Origin: Piromyces finnis finn
Taxonomy: Eukaryota; Fungi; Neocallimastigomycota
Length of the DNA: 64,000 bases
Assembly: GCA_002104945.1 (NCBI GenBank)
Contig: MCFH01000010.1
Coordinates: 1,116,001 to 1,180,000, forward strand
Direction of reading: 5' to 3'
Below the pieces are notes generated by a model. The model made no database searches and was not told the DNA's origin. It saw only the letters and a program-made list of their open reading frames with translations. The stretch's first letter is position 1; each line of letters starts with the position of its first letter. Positions 16,173 through 35,873 of this stretch are shown here, one piece after another. The position numbers were made by a program, and so were the translations under genes.

Positions 16173-17654
16173 AGTTTTAATAGAATTATCGATTTTAATA
16201 AATAAATATTATAACCTAATCTTATATGTAAAAATAATAATAATAAATTTAAGTGAAATTTTAACTTAACCCTTATATATATATATGAGTTTTTATGAAA
16301 TGTCTAATAAAAATTTTATAAAAATGATTAAATATAATGTTCTGAATTTTAAATAGTATTATGAGAATGTAAAAATAAATAATAGAATATTTATAATTCA
16401 ATATTTTATATTTTACAATATAAAAATAAAAATATACATAGACTATTTCAATAATATATTAATTATTAATTTTAAATATAAACTTAATATTTTTTTTTTT
16501 TTTTTTGATTATATGGTATTATAAATAACTTTTTATACAATATAAATGATGGTGTTATTTATTTAAATTTATTATGATTATATATATTATTGATATAAAA
16601 AATTAATTCTTTAAAAAATTAAATTAACCAAAAAGTGTATCTTATTATATTTTATATTCAAATAATTATTTAAATACTTGAATGTTTGTATAATAAAATA
16701 ATAAAGATTAAGAATTTCAAAAGTACCAAAAACTTTTATATAAAAATAATATTAAAAAAAAAATCTAACATTTGGTATGAAACTATTACTAGAATACTCA
16801 AAATTCTTACATATAATAAGAAACCATTTTTTAATATAATTATGAATTATGAAAGGTCCTTCTTTTTAGAATAAAGATAGTTGTACCCTTTGTTATTTTG
16901 AATTTATGAATTGTAACTTTGAATAAGTACCTAATAACATTATATCATTATATAGCAATTAAATTACCATACAAAAATTTTAAATTTTATAATTATAACA
17001 AAACAAAGATTTTTCTTTTTATTATTATTATTATCATTAGAAAATTTTAACTTTAATTTTTTTTTTTGTTAATACTTAACTAATAATTAATAAATTATCA
17101 TTATCATTATCATTCATTATCATCTATTTTATATAAGCATTTCTTTTTCATTTGTCGATAAGTGTTTTAATTATTATTTAAATATCTAATGTTATATATC
17201 CATATTTTAAATACTTTTTTTTATAATATAAAAATTAAAATATATATTAGAAAGGTATTTCATAAAAAATATTAACATTTTTTAAATAGTATATATTTTA
17301 GTTAAAGTTTAAAATATATATATAATAGAACCTAGAAATAAATAAAAATTTTGTGAAATATATTCTAGTAATTTGTAATTTCAATTAAATAAAGAATTAT
17401 TCTCATATTTGAGTGTTATAATTGTATTTGAATTTAATATTTTAATGCTACTAAAATATTCGGCAAATTATAATAATAATATTTAATAATTTTAATTAAA
17501 TTATCTAAAAGTTTAGATTATCAGCTTTGATATTACTATCATTTTATATTTTTATTATAAATATTAATATTGCTTTATTGCTAATATTATCGATAGATTA
17601 ATAAGAATATTAAAATATTGATATATAATTTACAATAAATTTTATTTTTATTAT

Positions 17655-18180
17655 ATTTAATGACAGCAAATACTTTGAAGCTTTAATTATATTAATTATG
17701 AGTTAAAAATTTATAAAAACTAAAAAATAAAAAAAAAAAAAAAGAAATTTAATTAAAAACAAATTTATAAAAATAGGTATAATGTGCTCTAATAATTTTA
17801 ATTAAAGTAAGAAGATTGTTATATTAAGAGTATAATAATTGCATTTGACATTCAATAGGACTCAGAGTCAGGGAACAGTGCAAAGCTATGATTTCCATTA
17901 GTTGAGTTGGCCCTATTGGTCTGTCTTATTGCTTTTTTAACATTAGTGTTCATAGTTGTTGCTTTAAACCTTTTGAGTATTGAGTATTGTCAGCTATTAA
18001 CATAATATTAATATAAAGTCATAAGTTATTGCATTATGATATTATTTGAAATATTTAATTTACAGTTAAAAATAGAGATTTTTCATATGTACTTAGTATT
18101 AATTTGACACTTGTAGAAAGCTTTTCCATTCTCTTAAATTGTTTTTGTTAAACTTCTTTTCTAAGAAGAAATTTAATTTT
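17655..18180 (-). mobile_element. Degenerate 3' fragment of LINE family A (copy A5)
   Basis: Recognisable homology to 23570-24075 (3' UTR and ORF end), heavily mutated. Confidence 0.65.
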
Positions 18181-18299
18181 TTTTATATATTATATAATAA
18201 ATAAATAAATAAATAAATAAATATATGATTAAATATAAGAATTTTTAGTTTTATAATAGTTTGATAAACTTTACAATTTGTACTATATAAAATTGATCT

Positions 18300-19800
18300 T
18301 TACCTAACAAATTAAAGAGAAATTACATCATATATGATAATGTGATATCTACTAAACTTTCTAATGAGGCTTTAATTGCTATATTTGAAGAATTAATTGG
18401 GAATGTTTCTTTTGGTTACGGTGCCTTACTAAAAACATCAAATAGTAGCTTCACAGAGCTATTAATGTTAAGAATTGTTTTAGAAAAAAAAAAGCCGTAA
18501 GACTATCTATATATGGAATATGAAATCCTGATCAACCGTAAAGCTGTTTATTGAAATATCTTTGTTCTGCCATATTGATTTGTAGCTCATGATAAACTAA
18601 TATTTTATTAAGAAAGAATGTAAAAACATAATTATAAATAATTTTACTTTGTTCTGTTTTAAGGAGTAAGTGATAATTTGATTTCTATATTTTAATATTT
18701 TGTGAAAAAGATCGTCAAGAAAGTCGAGTGAAGAAGTGAATAAATGAAGAATATTTTAAAATTCAATTATGAAATAATTCCCAAATTGATTAATATAAAT
18801 CAATTTGAATTAAGAAATTTGTTATTAATATATTTGAGGGTTTTACTTTTATTATTGAAGTTATTATTTTTTCAATAATCTTTTTTATGTCATTAAGATC
18901 TTTAATATTGATTATTAAGTCTAATAAGTTTATTATGTAATATGTAATATTCTTTAACCCAAGAGTAGTGAAATATGAGAGATAAGAGGAATATGTCGGA
19001 CAAGATATATAATAATACAGTTTAATTTTTTTCACTTAACAAAACATTTTATTTTTGAGAAGAATAAGTACTCGAAAGAAGAAAGTATCCTTAAATTCTT
19101 GTAAGAGCATATCTGATTTTTTTTAATATACAAAATAATTGTTATTAAAGTTTAAATAGTAAAAGTTATATACTCCAAAAAATAATTTTGCGGATAAGAG
19201 ATTGAGCTGTACAAAATACTTTTCTTTTTATTGGAACCAAGTAATGGGTATAATGAGAGATTTTACTTATTTATTTAGAATGTATGAATAAATAACTTTT
19301 TTTTTTTTTTTTTTTTTTAAATCAATTGGTGAAAAAAATTATTAAAAAAAGAGAATAAAGATTCTGATATATATTTAGTAAAATAAGAAAAAGATCTTCA
19401 TTGAAAGGGCTTTTTTAAGGTTCTTCTTACTAGTAACAAACAGAGCAATATTATCTAAAAAGAGTCCACTAACACAATGCTTATTTCTTATATAAATACC
19501 AAACTTTTCACGTATATTTAAAATATTATATTAATGAAGAGATTGAACAATATTGGTGAAAGAAATCATTTTTATTATAAAGTGTAATTGATAAGAAATT
19601 TATTAGAAAGTATATTAAAGAAACACACATGAGCTTTTGAGTAGAGAAGATATTATTAAGAAAGTCATAATGTTTGCTATAAATATCTGATTTATATAAC
19701 TTTGTAAGAATGTCAAGAGGAATTGAATCGTATGCTTTTTTAAGGTAAAAGAAAGTAATATAAATAAATAAACTGATAAATTTTTCTTAGTTACGAAAAT
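18300..19800 (-). mobile_element. Degenerate LINE family B copy (B2) with RT remnants
   Basis: Minus-strand remnants KKAYDSIP (~19700), LSPILFNLFIN and GLFLDNIAL (~19440-19570), YPLLGSNK (~19230). 18480-18970 aligns with 22913-23540. Confidence 0.65.
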
Positions 19801-19982
19801 AAAACTGTTTATATTTGATAAAGTTATGAGAAAGAGTATACTTTGAAATTTTATAGTTTTTAGAAATAATTATAAAACCAATATTTATATTATGATATAT
19901 CGTGATGATTATTGCAGGGCTGAAAAATCACTTTCCTTTGAAAATGAAAGTAATGATTTGAGATCTTTCAGTAAATCAATGC

Positions 19983-21070
19983 TTTTTTTTTTAAAAGTAT
20001 AAAATATTTTAAACTTTTATTATTATTTTAATAAAGATTATAATCCATATTTTAAAAATAAAATTAAAAATCTAAATAAAAAATAAATTTAATTAGAGAT
20101 AAATGAGTAAAAATTGGGTATAATGAGTTAATAATTGTTAAAAATGGAAATCTTTTATAAGTGCCTGGTTTAATTTTTCATCTGTAAAATTTTTTCCATC
20201 CCTTTACTTCTTCATCTAAGAAGGAGTTTAAATATTTTTTTTCACAGACTAGAATAATTATGTACATTAATATTTACTAGGTTATTGGAATTATTAGTAA
20301 CTAAATTACTATATAAACTAACATAGTTATTCAAGTTTAAAGAATTAAAATTATTATCTCCATTATTACTATAAATACCTTATTTTTATCATATATATCA
20401 GTATTAATAGTAGTATTAATATTATCTCTAACACTATTTCTATTATTATCAATATTTTCCTTATTATTGATGGGACTATTTGAATGATTTTTACTATGAT
20501 AATTGATGATTTGGACTAGGCAATTATAATGTTTAACACAGATATCATTGAATTTTTGACATTCAATTAATCAATATTAAACATTTTAATTATCATTTTT
20601 ACACTTTTACAACATGAACAATGATTAATATAAACTAGTTCAACTAATTCATCGGCTTTAGTAACTTTAGTATGTAGCTTGAATTTGTTTCTTGCATTCA
20701 ATGGTAATAGTTATAAAACTCTAGGTGCTCATAACATAACATAATTAAATCTTTAGTTTCTATAAATTTATTATCATTATAATAATATTGTGCTTTAAGA
20801 TTTTTCAATAAAAGTTTTTAATTAATTTATCATCTTTTTGTTTCTGTAATTTCTTGTCAAGAGTTTTACTCGATTTGCACCATGTATATTTTTTGAATTT
20901 AGGAATGTAATTATTTAAGTAATTCTAAGTAAAAAATAATACAATTAGTGATTTTTCATTTGAAGAAACACTTAATATGAGCTAAAGCACATTTTACAGA
21001 TGATGGAAGATTCATGCATTTTGAAATGAAATAGAATAGAAATGGAAATGATACTGTTTTGTAGACGTCT
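19983..21070 (-). mobile_element. Degenerate LINE family A copy (A4), internally deleted
   Basis: Poly(T) at about 19983-19992, then 3' UTR, then homology to 24000-24960 (e.g. GATTTGCACCATGTATATTT). Confidence 0.7.
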
Positions 21071-21084
21071 TTAATTCATTATTA

Positions 21085-21699
21085 TTTTTTTAATAGCAGA
21101 TAATATTTTGAAGCCTTTATTAAAATTATAATAAATATGGATATAAAAATAAATTTAAAAAATAAATATACTTATACACAAATAAATAAACAATGGTTAT
21201 ATATATTCTAGTGATTTTAATAAAAGTATGAAGATCCATATTATATTAAAGATATAACAATTGCATTTGGCTTCCAATGGGACTCAGTTTCAAAGATCAA
21301 AATTTGTCATAGTACAAAATTATGTCTCCATTAGTTCAGTTGCTACTAGCTTGTCTTACTATTTCTTCAGAATTTATGCTCTTGGTTGTTGTTTTAAACC
21401 TTATGAGTATTGACTATTATTGGTGAATAACACAAGATATTATTAGGGTTAGAGTTCCGTGACGATTGTAAAAACGGAAATCTTTCATAAATGATCGGAT
21501 TTTTCTGGAATTAGTATTTTATTCCTGAAATACCTGATTTTTGGCCATTTTTTTTTGCATTTTTTGAAAATTTTCTGGTATAAAGTCTGATTAAAACTCT
21601 AAATACTAATTCATCGCTTAGTTTGTCACTTGTAATGTTCTTTCCATTCCTTTGAGTTATCATTATTGTTAAAACATCTTCCTCTATGAAGGAATTTAA
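21085..21699 (-). mobile_element. Degenerate LINE family A 3' fragment (A3)
   Basis: Homology to 23570-24075 (e.g. GCTTCCAATGGGACTCAG, GAAGGAATTTAA). Confidence 0.7.
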
Positions 21700-22912
21700 T
21701 TTTTTTTTTTTTTTTTAACAGCATCAAATATTTTTGAACCTTATTATTAATTTAATTAAAATTATAATACATATTATAAAAAATAAAATTAAAAATAAAT
21801 ATAAAAAATAAAAATTAAAATATATGTTTAAACAAAAACAAATATATAAAAATTGTGTATAATGTATTCTAATAATCTTAATTAAAATAAGAAAATCACT
21901 ATTATACTAAAGTATAATAATTGTATTTGATTTCTAATGGGACACCGAGTCAAAGATCAAAATTTTATCATGGGTCAAAATTATGATTTCCATTAGTTCA
22001 GTTGCTATTAGCTTGTTTTACTGTTTCTTCAGCATTAACGCTTTTGGTTGTTGCTTCAAACCTTTTGAATTTTGTCCATTGCTGTCCAATAACAAAAATA
22101 TTTTGGTTAGAAGTTTCGCTGTTACTGTCAAAAATGATGTTCCATCGTAAGTGTCTTATTAAATATGACACTTGCAAAGTTTTTTTTATTCCCTTGAATT
22201 ATAATTAATATTGTAAAAACTTCTTCCCCCAAGAAGGAATTTAAATATTTTATTGCATACATTAAAATCATGTACATTAATATTCACCGGACTATTAGAA
22301 CTATTATTATTACTATAACTATCTAAATTAGAATTATTATCTTCACTATTGTTATTTTTACTATTATTAATTGTTAAAATTATTATTATTACTAATGCTA
22401 CTATCACTATTATTATTGATATCTCTAATGGTATTATTATTGATAGGACTGTTAGAATTATTGTTTACTGAAAAATCTAATAGTTGGACTATGTAATTGT
22501 AATGTTTAATATGGATATCTCTAAAAGTTGGATAATCTAATATCTAATACTTAATACTTTGATTACTGCTCTTGCAACATGAACGGTAGTTAAGACAAAT
22601 TAGATCAATAAATTTAGCAGCTTTTGCAACTCTAGCATCTAACTTGTATCCACTTCTTGCTTTCAATAGCTAGTAGAAACTCTGGGTACTCATAACCTAA
22701 TTTAATTAGATCTTTAGTTTCAATAAATTTATTATCGTCATAGTATTGAGCTTTGATTGAATCTCCTTTAAGATCTTTCCAATAAAAGTTTTTAACTACA
22801 TTTCCATGCTTCTTTAATCTTTTATCAAGAGTTCTACTTGATTTGCACCATGTATATTTTCTAAATTTAGGAATGTAATTGACAAGGTTTGGGATAATAC
22901 AATCTGAGTTAG
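21700..22912 (-). mobile_element. 5'-truncated LINE family A copy (A2) with poly(A) tail and stop codons
   Basis: Poly(T) at about 21700-21716 on the plus strand and collinear homology to 23570-24850. Confidence 0.85.
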
Positions 22913-23541
22913 AAAAGCTGCGAGATCCTCTAAATATGAAACATTAGACCCTGATGAACTGTATAGCTGTTCATTCAAATGTCTTTGTTCCTCCTTATTT
23001 ATTTGTGGATCATCATAAGCTAAAGTTCTACCAAGAAGTAACGAAAAATATAGTTGTAAATTGTTTTTCTTACTTCCACTTCAGGAAGTAAACAAGTGAT
23101 GAATTGATTTTTGCATTTATTGTGAAAAAGGGTAAAAAGTTCGTCATGAAAGCTAAGTGAAGAAGCTCTGTATTCAGAGAATGCAGAACATTCTAATATC
23201 CAATGGTAAAAAGATTGTTCGTCATATCCGCAACATGGACAGACAAGAATGGCAGTCAAGAGAAACTCTATTACTGACAATAGCAATTCTGGTAGTGTTT
23301 TCATAACCGCAATGAATATGAATAATCCAAGTAATTCCTAAATTTAAGTGAGGTTTGTTGAGACCGATATGCATTAGGCGACTTGAATTAAAGAATTTGT
23401 TGTTAGTATATCTGAGGGCTTTACTTCTATTATTCAGGCTACTATTATTCTAATAAGGTTCTCTTATAACTTTAGTACTTTTAATATTAATTTTCATAAG
23501 TTTCTTATATAGTGAACAAGATTCTTTGACCCAAGAGTAAT
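22913..23541 (-). mobile_element. LINE family B fragment (B1) encoding the C-terminal Cys/His domain
   Basis: ORF 23020-23304 has CPCCGYDEQSFYHWILECSAF, paralogous to family A CPCCKCGVQSIKHWLLDCPTF. Confidence 0.75.
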
Positions 23542-23542
23542 A

Positions 23543-23573
<31 letters not shown>

Positions 23574-25293
23574 GCATCAAATATTTTTAAACTTTATTTA
23601 TTAATTTAATTAAAATTATAATACATGTTATAATATAAAAAAATATGGTTAAATAAACCCAAATGAATAAAAATTGGGTATAATGTATTCTAGTAATTTT
23701 AATTAAAGTAAGAAAGCCACTATCATACTAAAGTATAATAATTGTATTTGACTTCCAATGGGACACCGAGCCAAAGATCGAAATTTTATCATGGAACAAA
23801 ATTATGATCTCCATTGGTTGCGCTGGCCCTCCTGGCCTGTCTTACTGTTTCTTCAGCATTGACGCTCTTGGATGTTGCTTCAAACCTTTTGAACATTGAC
23901 CATTGCTGGCCAATAGCAAAAGGCATGATTTTGGTTAGAAGTTCCGCGGTTACCGTCAAGAATGGTGTTCCTTCATTAGTACCAGATTGAATCTGACGCT
24001 TACAAAGTTCTTTCCATTCCCTTGAATTGTAATTGATATTGTTAAAACTTCTTCCCCCAAGAAGGAATTTAAATATTTTACTGCACACACTAGAATAATC
24101 ATACACATTAATATTCACCGGATTATTAGAACTATTACTATCATTAATTAAATTACTATCTAAATTAGAATTATTATCTTCACTATTGCTATCATTACTA
24201 GTATTATTATTTCTATAACTACTATTGTTATTATTACTATTTCTATTACTACTATTGTTATTATTACTATTGTTACTATTACTATTGTTATTACTACTAT
24301 TGTTACTATTACTATTAATGTTATTGCTATCTCTACTGATATTATCAATTTCATTATTATTGATAGGACTATTGGAATTACGTTGACTGAAAAAATTAAG
24401 TAGCTGGACTATGGAATCATAATGTTTAATACGGATATCTCTAAATGTTGGACAATCTAATAACCAATGTTTAATACTTTGAACACCACACTTGCAACAT
24501 GGACAGTAGTTAGGACAAACTGGATCAACAAATTTAGCAGCTTTGGCAACTCTAGCATCCAACTTATATCCGCTTCTTGCTTTCAATAGCCAGTAGAAGC
24601 CATAGGCAAACTCTGGGTATTCATAACATAATTTAATAAAATCTTTAGTTTCAATAAATTTATTATCATCATAATATTGCGCTTTGATTGAATTCCCTTT
24701 GAGATCTTTCCAATAAAAGTTTTTAACTGCTTTAACATCTCCATGTTTCTTTAGTTTTTTATCAAGTGTCCTACTTGATTTGCACCACGTGTATTTTCTA
24801 AATTTAGGAATGTAATTGACAAGGTGTGAGATAATACAATTTGAGTTTTTCCATTTGTTAAAACATCTAACCTGAGCTAACGCACATTTGGCTGACAATG
24901 GAGGAATATTCAAATCTTTTGAGATAGAGTATAAAGATATAAACGATACAGCTTTATGAACTCCGGCAACCCATCGTATTCCTTTGTTAACATGCTTCTG
25001 AGCAATCCTAGACCTAGCTTTGTTGGATCCAAGTAATGGTGCAAAGTATGAAACTCTGCTAATCACTTGAGAGTTAAGTACTAGTTTTTTGAAAGGAATA
25101 GGAATATTAGGATTTCTTAAGAATTTACTGACTGAGAAAAGTCCTTTCAAAACCTTGTTATTAAGAACTTTAATTACTGGTTTAAGGGACAAATTCTTAT
25201 CAAATGGAACACCAAGATAAGTGTAGCAGTCAGTAGTTGGAATGGGTTGTCCTGCTAAGTAAAATGTTGGATCTCTCTTGTTCTGATTTTCTA
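23542..25293 (-). mobile_element. Young 5'-truncated non-LTR retrotransposon (LINE family A, copy A1)
   Basis: 27-nt poly(A) tail (T at 23543-23569) and ~220-bp 3' UTR. The open ORF runs from the RT thumb (YTYLGVPF) through the Cys/His domain to a stop at 23789. Nine differences in 387 bp versus 63614-64000. Confidence 0.93.
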
Positions 25294-26029
25294 CTCTTGG
25301 AAACTAGAATAATTATACACATTTATTTTAAATTATTACAGTTATTATTAAACTCTATTAGAATTATCATTTTCATTATTACCTCCCTAAATGTTAAAAT
25401 ATATTTTTTACTTTTATATAAAATTATCGTTATTTATTTAAACTCTCGCAATTAATGTTATAACACCCACTTAAGTTTGAGAAAATATTTACTAAAATTT
25501 ATCTTTCTTTTTAAAAAACTAAATTCCTCCATAATACATTCTTAATGTTTTAAAACAAATCTTTGCAATAAAACGATACAACCTACTAATAAAATATAAT
25601 ATTTCCTTATTTCTACTTTAATAATATAAAAATATTAATCTTAAAAACTCAAAAATATTCAAAATTTACTTTTCTAAACCATTCTATTTTTTCTACTTCA
25701 TTTTGTTTCATTATTCCAACTATGTTATATATTTTATTAATATATATTACCATTTCATTTCAAAATAATCTTTTTTCATTCTAATTTAACCATTTTATAA
25801 TACAAATTATTATTAAATAACATTTTCATTTAATAATATTGACTAACATATCAAAAACATGCTTATTTGGATTCATTAATGTGTATCATAAACTCAATTT
25901 GATCCATATAAAAGTACATAATATACATATTGAAAATCTTTTATACTGATAAACTTAAATCCAATATTCTTTAATAATTAATAGTGAACAAAATTTGTTA
26001 TTTTATTTATTTGTTTTAATAAATACAAC

Positions 26030-26757
26030 TTAAATTTCATCCTTAACAACGGTTCCCTATTTAAATTATTATATATAGTATTTATATTATTATATTGTTT
26101 TATATAATAATATATTTAATTATATAATTTAATTACCTTTTCAGAGACGTAGATACCATCAAGGAACTTACGGATATCCTTGTTCTTGACTAAGCAGGCT
26201 TGGTGGATGTTGGCAGCAGATTGAGAAACATTTTCAAGATCGTTACCAGAAATGATGATTTCATCCTTTTGAGCAGCAGAGTAAGCAGCTTCAACACCAT
26301 CGAGCATGTTGACTCTACGGATGAGCTTTTCACCTAAGAAATTACGGATTTCAACTAATTTACCTTCATCAGTGATGTTAACGTTAATTGGAAAGTGAGC
26401 GCTTACTAATCTCATCTTGTATTCGTAACCCTATATTTAACAACAATGTTCACATTTAATTCTCATTTTTATTTAAAAGTGATATTAAATAATTTATATA
26501 TATACCTTGGTAACACCCTTCATGAGGTTTTCAATGTGAGTACAGACAGTACGGATGCAAGCAACTTGCTTACGGTTACCGTGCCATAAGATAACTCTGA
26601 GCTTGTCAGCAGCAATACGCTTCATTTGGAAGTTAATGTGCTTGAAATCCTTGTAGAGGACACCACGTGGACCCTTAACACGGACCTTACGGGCCTTAAC
26701 ATCAATGGTAACACCTTCTGGGATGGTAATATCTCTGGTCTGGCAGATTTGCTTCAT
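26030..26757 (-). CDS. RPL9: 60S ribosomal protein uL6 (L9), 3 exons (26506-26757, 26137-26430, 26030-26056)
   Basis: [35 protein letters not shown]|[41 protein letters not shown]|GTVVKDEI*. Confidence 0.97.
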
Positions 26758-27037
26758 CTTTCTGTCAAGCCTATTTTATAATTTTATATAATATTGCGGT
26801 TAATTAACATATTCATCCATCCGTTTTAATTTCATAAAAATAATTCATTTTATTACTTTAAAAATATACATTATAATAATTTAAACATTTAATTCATCAT
26901 AATAAAAAATATTCATTCATAATATACATAAAAAATCAACACACCTAATTAAAAAAACTTGATTATAACTAAAAGAGAGAGAATAATTAGCTCTAGATGA
27001 ATAACCATACATAAAGCAAAAGCTATTTCTAATCTAT

Positions 27038-27059
27038 GATTGGATATTTATTTGATTGG
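27038..27059 (-). promoter_or_regulatory. Two CCAAT boxes about 290 bp upstream of RPL9
   Basis: GATTGG twice, 16 bp apart (CCAATC on the gene strand), in an otherwise GC-poor region. Function not shown. Confidence 0.3.
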
Positions 27060-28065
27060 TCAATTTTTCACAAATAAATTTTGTATTTTTTGTATAATAG
27101 TATATTTTTTTATAGGAAAGAGTAATAATTAAGTTGTATACATTAAGGTTGTACTAAAAAATTTCTTAATATTTAATATAACATAACCCTTTATTTAAAT
27201 TTAAAAAAATATATTGAAATTTTTTTAAGAAATTTTAATTCATATTAGTATTTTATTTTATTTTGTTTTATTATTAATAAAATAAAAATAATTCTATTGA
27301 AATAAGCACTCTTTTATATACAAATATAGAAAATATTTTTTAAATGATTATATATGTCTAAAATGGATCATCCATATTTTGAAAAATAGAAAAATAGAAT
27401 TATGCAACTATAAAAATTTAAAATTATTTATAGTTTTATAATATAATAATAAATTTAATATATTTATAATATTTTGCATTTTAGTTTTAAAAAATTCTTT
27501 TCTAATTTATATTTTATAGTTATTTTTAATTTAAAATAATAAAATGCATTTTAATAAAACAAATCAAGTGCTATATCAAAAAAATAAGATCAAAAAAAGA
27601 AAGGATCGATTAATATAATAAAAAAAATATTGTTAAAATTATTCAACAATAATTAATGGGAGGTATTATTAAATTCAATAATTAATTAATCAAAAAATAA
27701 TAATGGAATTCATAAAATCATAGTTAATTAATTAGCAGCAATAGTAATTTAAATATATTTTTAATTTCTACTTTAAAAGGGATATAAACATAATGAAATA
27801 AAAGGAATTTTGCATAAATTATTGCTATTTGATTTAAGATAATTATCTTAAATCAAATAGCAAAAGAATTAAAATAGAAATAAAAACAATAATTTTTGCA
27901 TAAATTTATACATTTTATATAAATCAATTCTTTCAAAATGCGATTTTGGAAAACAATTTTTCGCCATTATAATAGATTAGTAATATTTTTTAATAAAATA
28001 TAGAAATTAATTAATTAGATTAATAAATAATCAAAAGAACAAAAATAGAGAGAGATATAAAGTTT

Positions 28066-28100
<35 letters not shown>

Positions 28101-28516
28101 AAGAAATTATTGTTTAATACAATTTATATTTAAATATATATTTTTTTAAATTTATGACATTAAAATGATTTTAAAAAAGTTATAAATAAGTATTTAGTAA
28201 TATATTATGAAATTGATAGAATTAAAATACATTGGCATTTAATGAATTTTAAATAAATATATATAATATTAATCTATTCATTATAACAAATTATAAGAAA
28301 ATTAATATAAATAATTAAATTAAGTTATTTTATAATAAAATAAATAAATAAATAAATAAAAATAATAAACTAATTCTTATAACATTTATAACATATATGT
28401 ATATATAATAAAATGAAATATAATAATAAGCATTAAATAAATATTCATATTTTTGTTAATACATTATATTATTATATAAATCTATACATCTCTAATTGTT
28501 CTATTGCAAGTTTTAT

Positions 28517-34619
<6,103 letters not shown>

Positions 34620-35873
34620 TATAATTGTCGACAATGATATCGATTAATTTGAATAAGAAATAAGTAAATAATTTTTAATATAAAGTTAAAAATGCTTATA
34701 CTTTTAAATTATTTAATATTGTTTTTTAAAAAAATAATAAATTGAATATTCTTTAATATAGTTGAATTCATAAAGTTATTAAATAACGATTGCAATTTCG
34801 AAATTTTTAAAATACTATTAAACATATTTTAAATTCAATATTGCGTTTTTAGATTATATATAAAAATTAAATATTATTAGATGTATCTACATATATAAAA
34901 TTTAATAAATTTTGAATTATATTTATACTTTATAAATGAATTTATTTAAAAATAAAATAAGTTTTAAAGAAAAATTCATCTATATATATCATGAAATTAT
35001 CAATAAACTTTTTTATTTAATTAAGCATTAATTATAAATTATAGTTATAATCTAATAAAAATAATATTTATATATAATTGATATATTACCATTATAACAT
35101 AATAAATTTTGTGTTACTCTAAAAATAACATAAAAAATCTTTTTTTTTATTTTGTAGTATATTCTTATATATAATCATTATATAATAGTTTTTAAAATGA
35201 AAGTCATAAAGTACTCCAAAATTGTTAAATATTACAAATTAAAATTATAATTTTTACTCTTTAAACAATTTATATTCATATAAGTAATATGGAGAAAAAA
35301 TAATGACATATAACATTTCTATATTTTATTTTTAATATATTTATATAAGATGTTTATGTATCTTTGTTTTTATTTATTGATAATATTTTCGTTTATTATT
35401 TCTATTTGGAAAATCAATAATACATAAATAAAACTTTTTAAATTTATATATATATTATATTAAAATGTATTAATACAATATAAAAATTATTTATCTGAAA
35501 TAATTTCTTTTATATATAAAAATTTAAATTTAAGATAAGAAATAATTAATCTGCATCATCTTATTTTATTTTTTTTTTATTTTTTATATATAAAGATGAG
35601 TAGTTGGAATTCAGTTTTTCGAATAATTTAATAGTAAATCTATAAAAACAAAAAAAAAAAAAAAAACACTTAATAATTCGTTTATATTAGATTTTTATTT
35701 AAAATATTTCATTTTGTATAAATATTATACAATAATTTAACTTTCACAAATTTGAGATTAACATCTTAATAATTATTATTTAAGTATATTAAAATAAATT
35801 TAAATAAAATTCTTGTTAAACTTTAAATTTCTACATCTTTTATTACAGATTATTTTAATTATTAATTTAAAAA

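Noticed and set aside
22939-22957. GAAAC...CTGATGA hammerhead-like core
   Set aside because: Only 9 nt separate the motifs, too few for stems I and III, and it lies antisense to LINE coding sequence.
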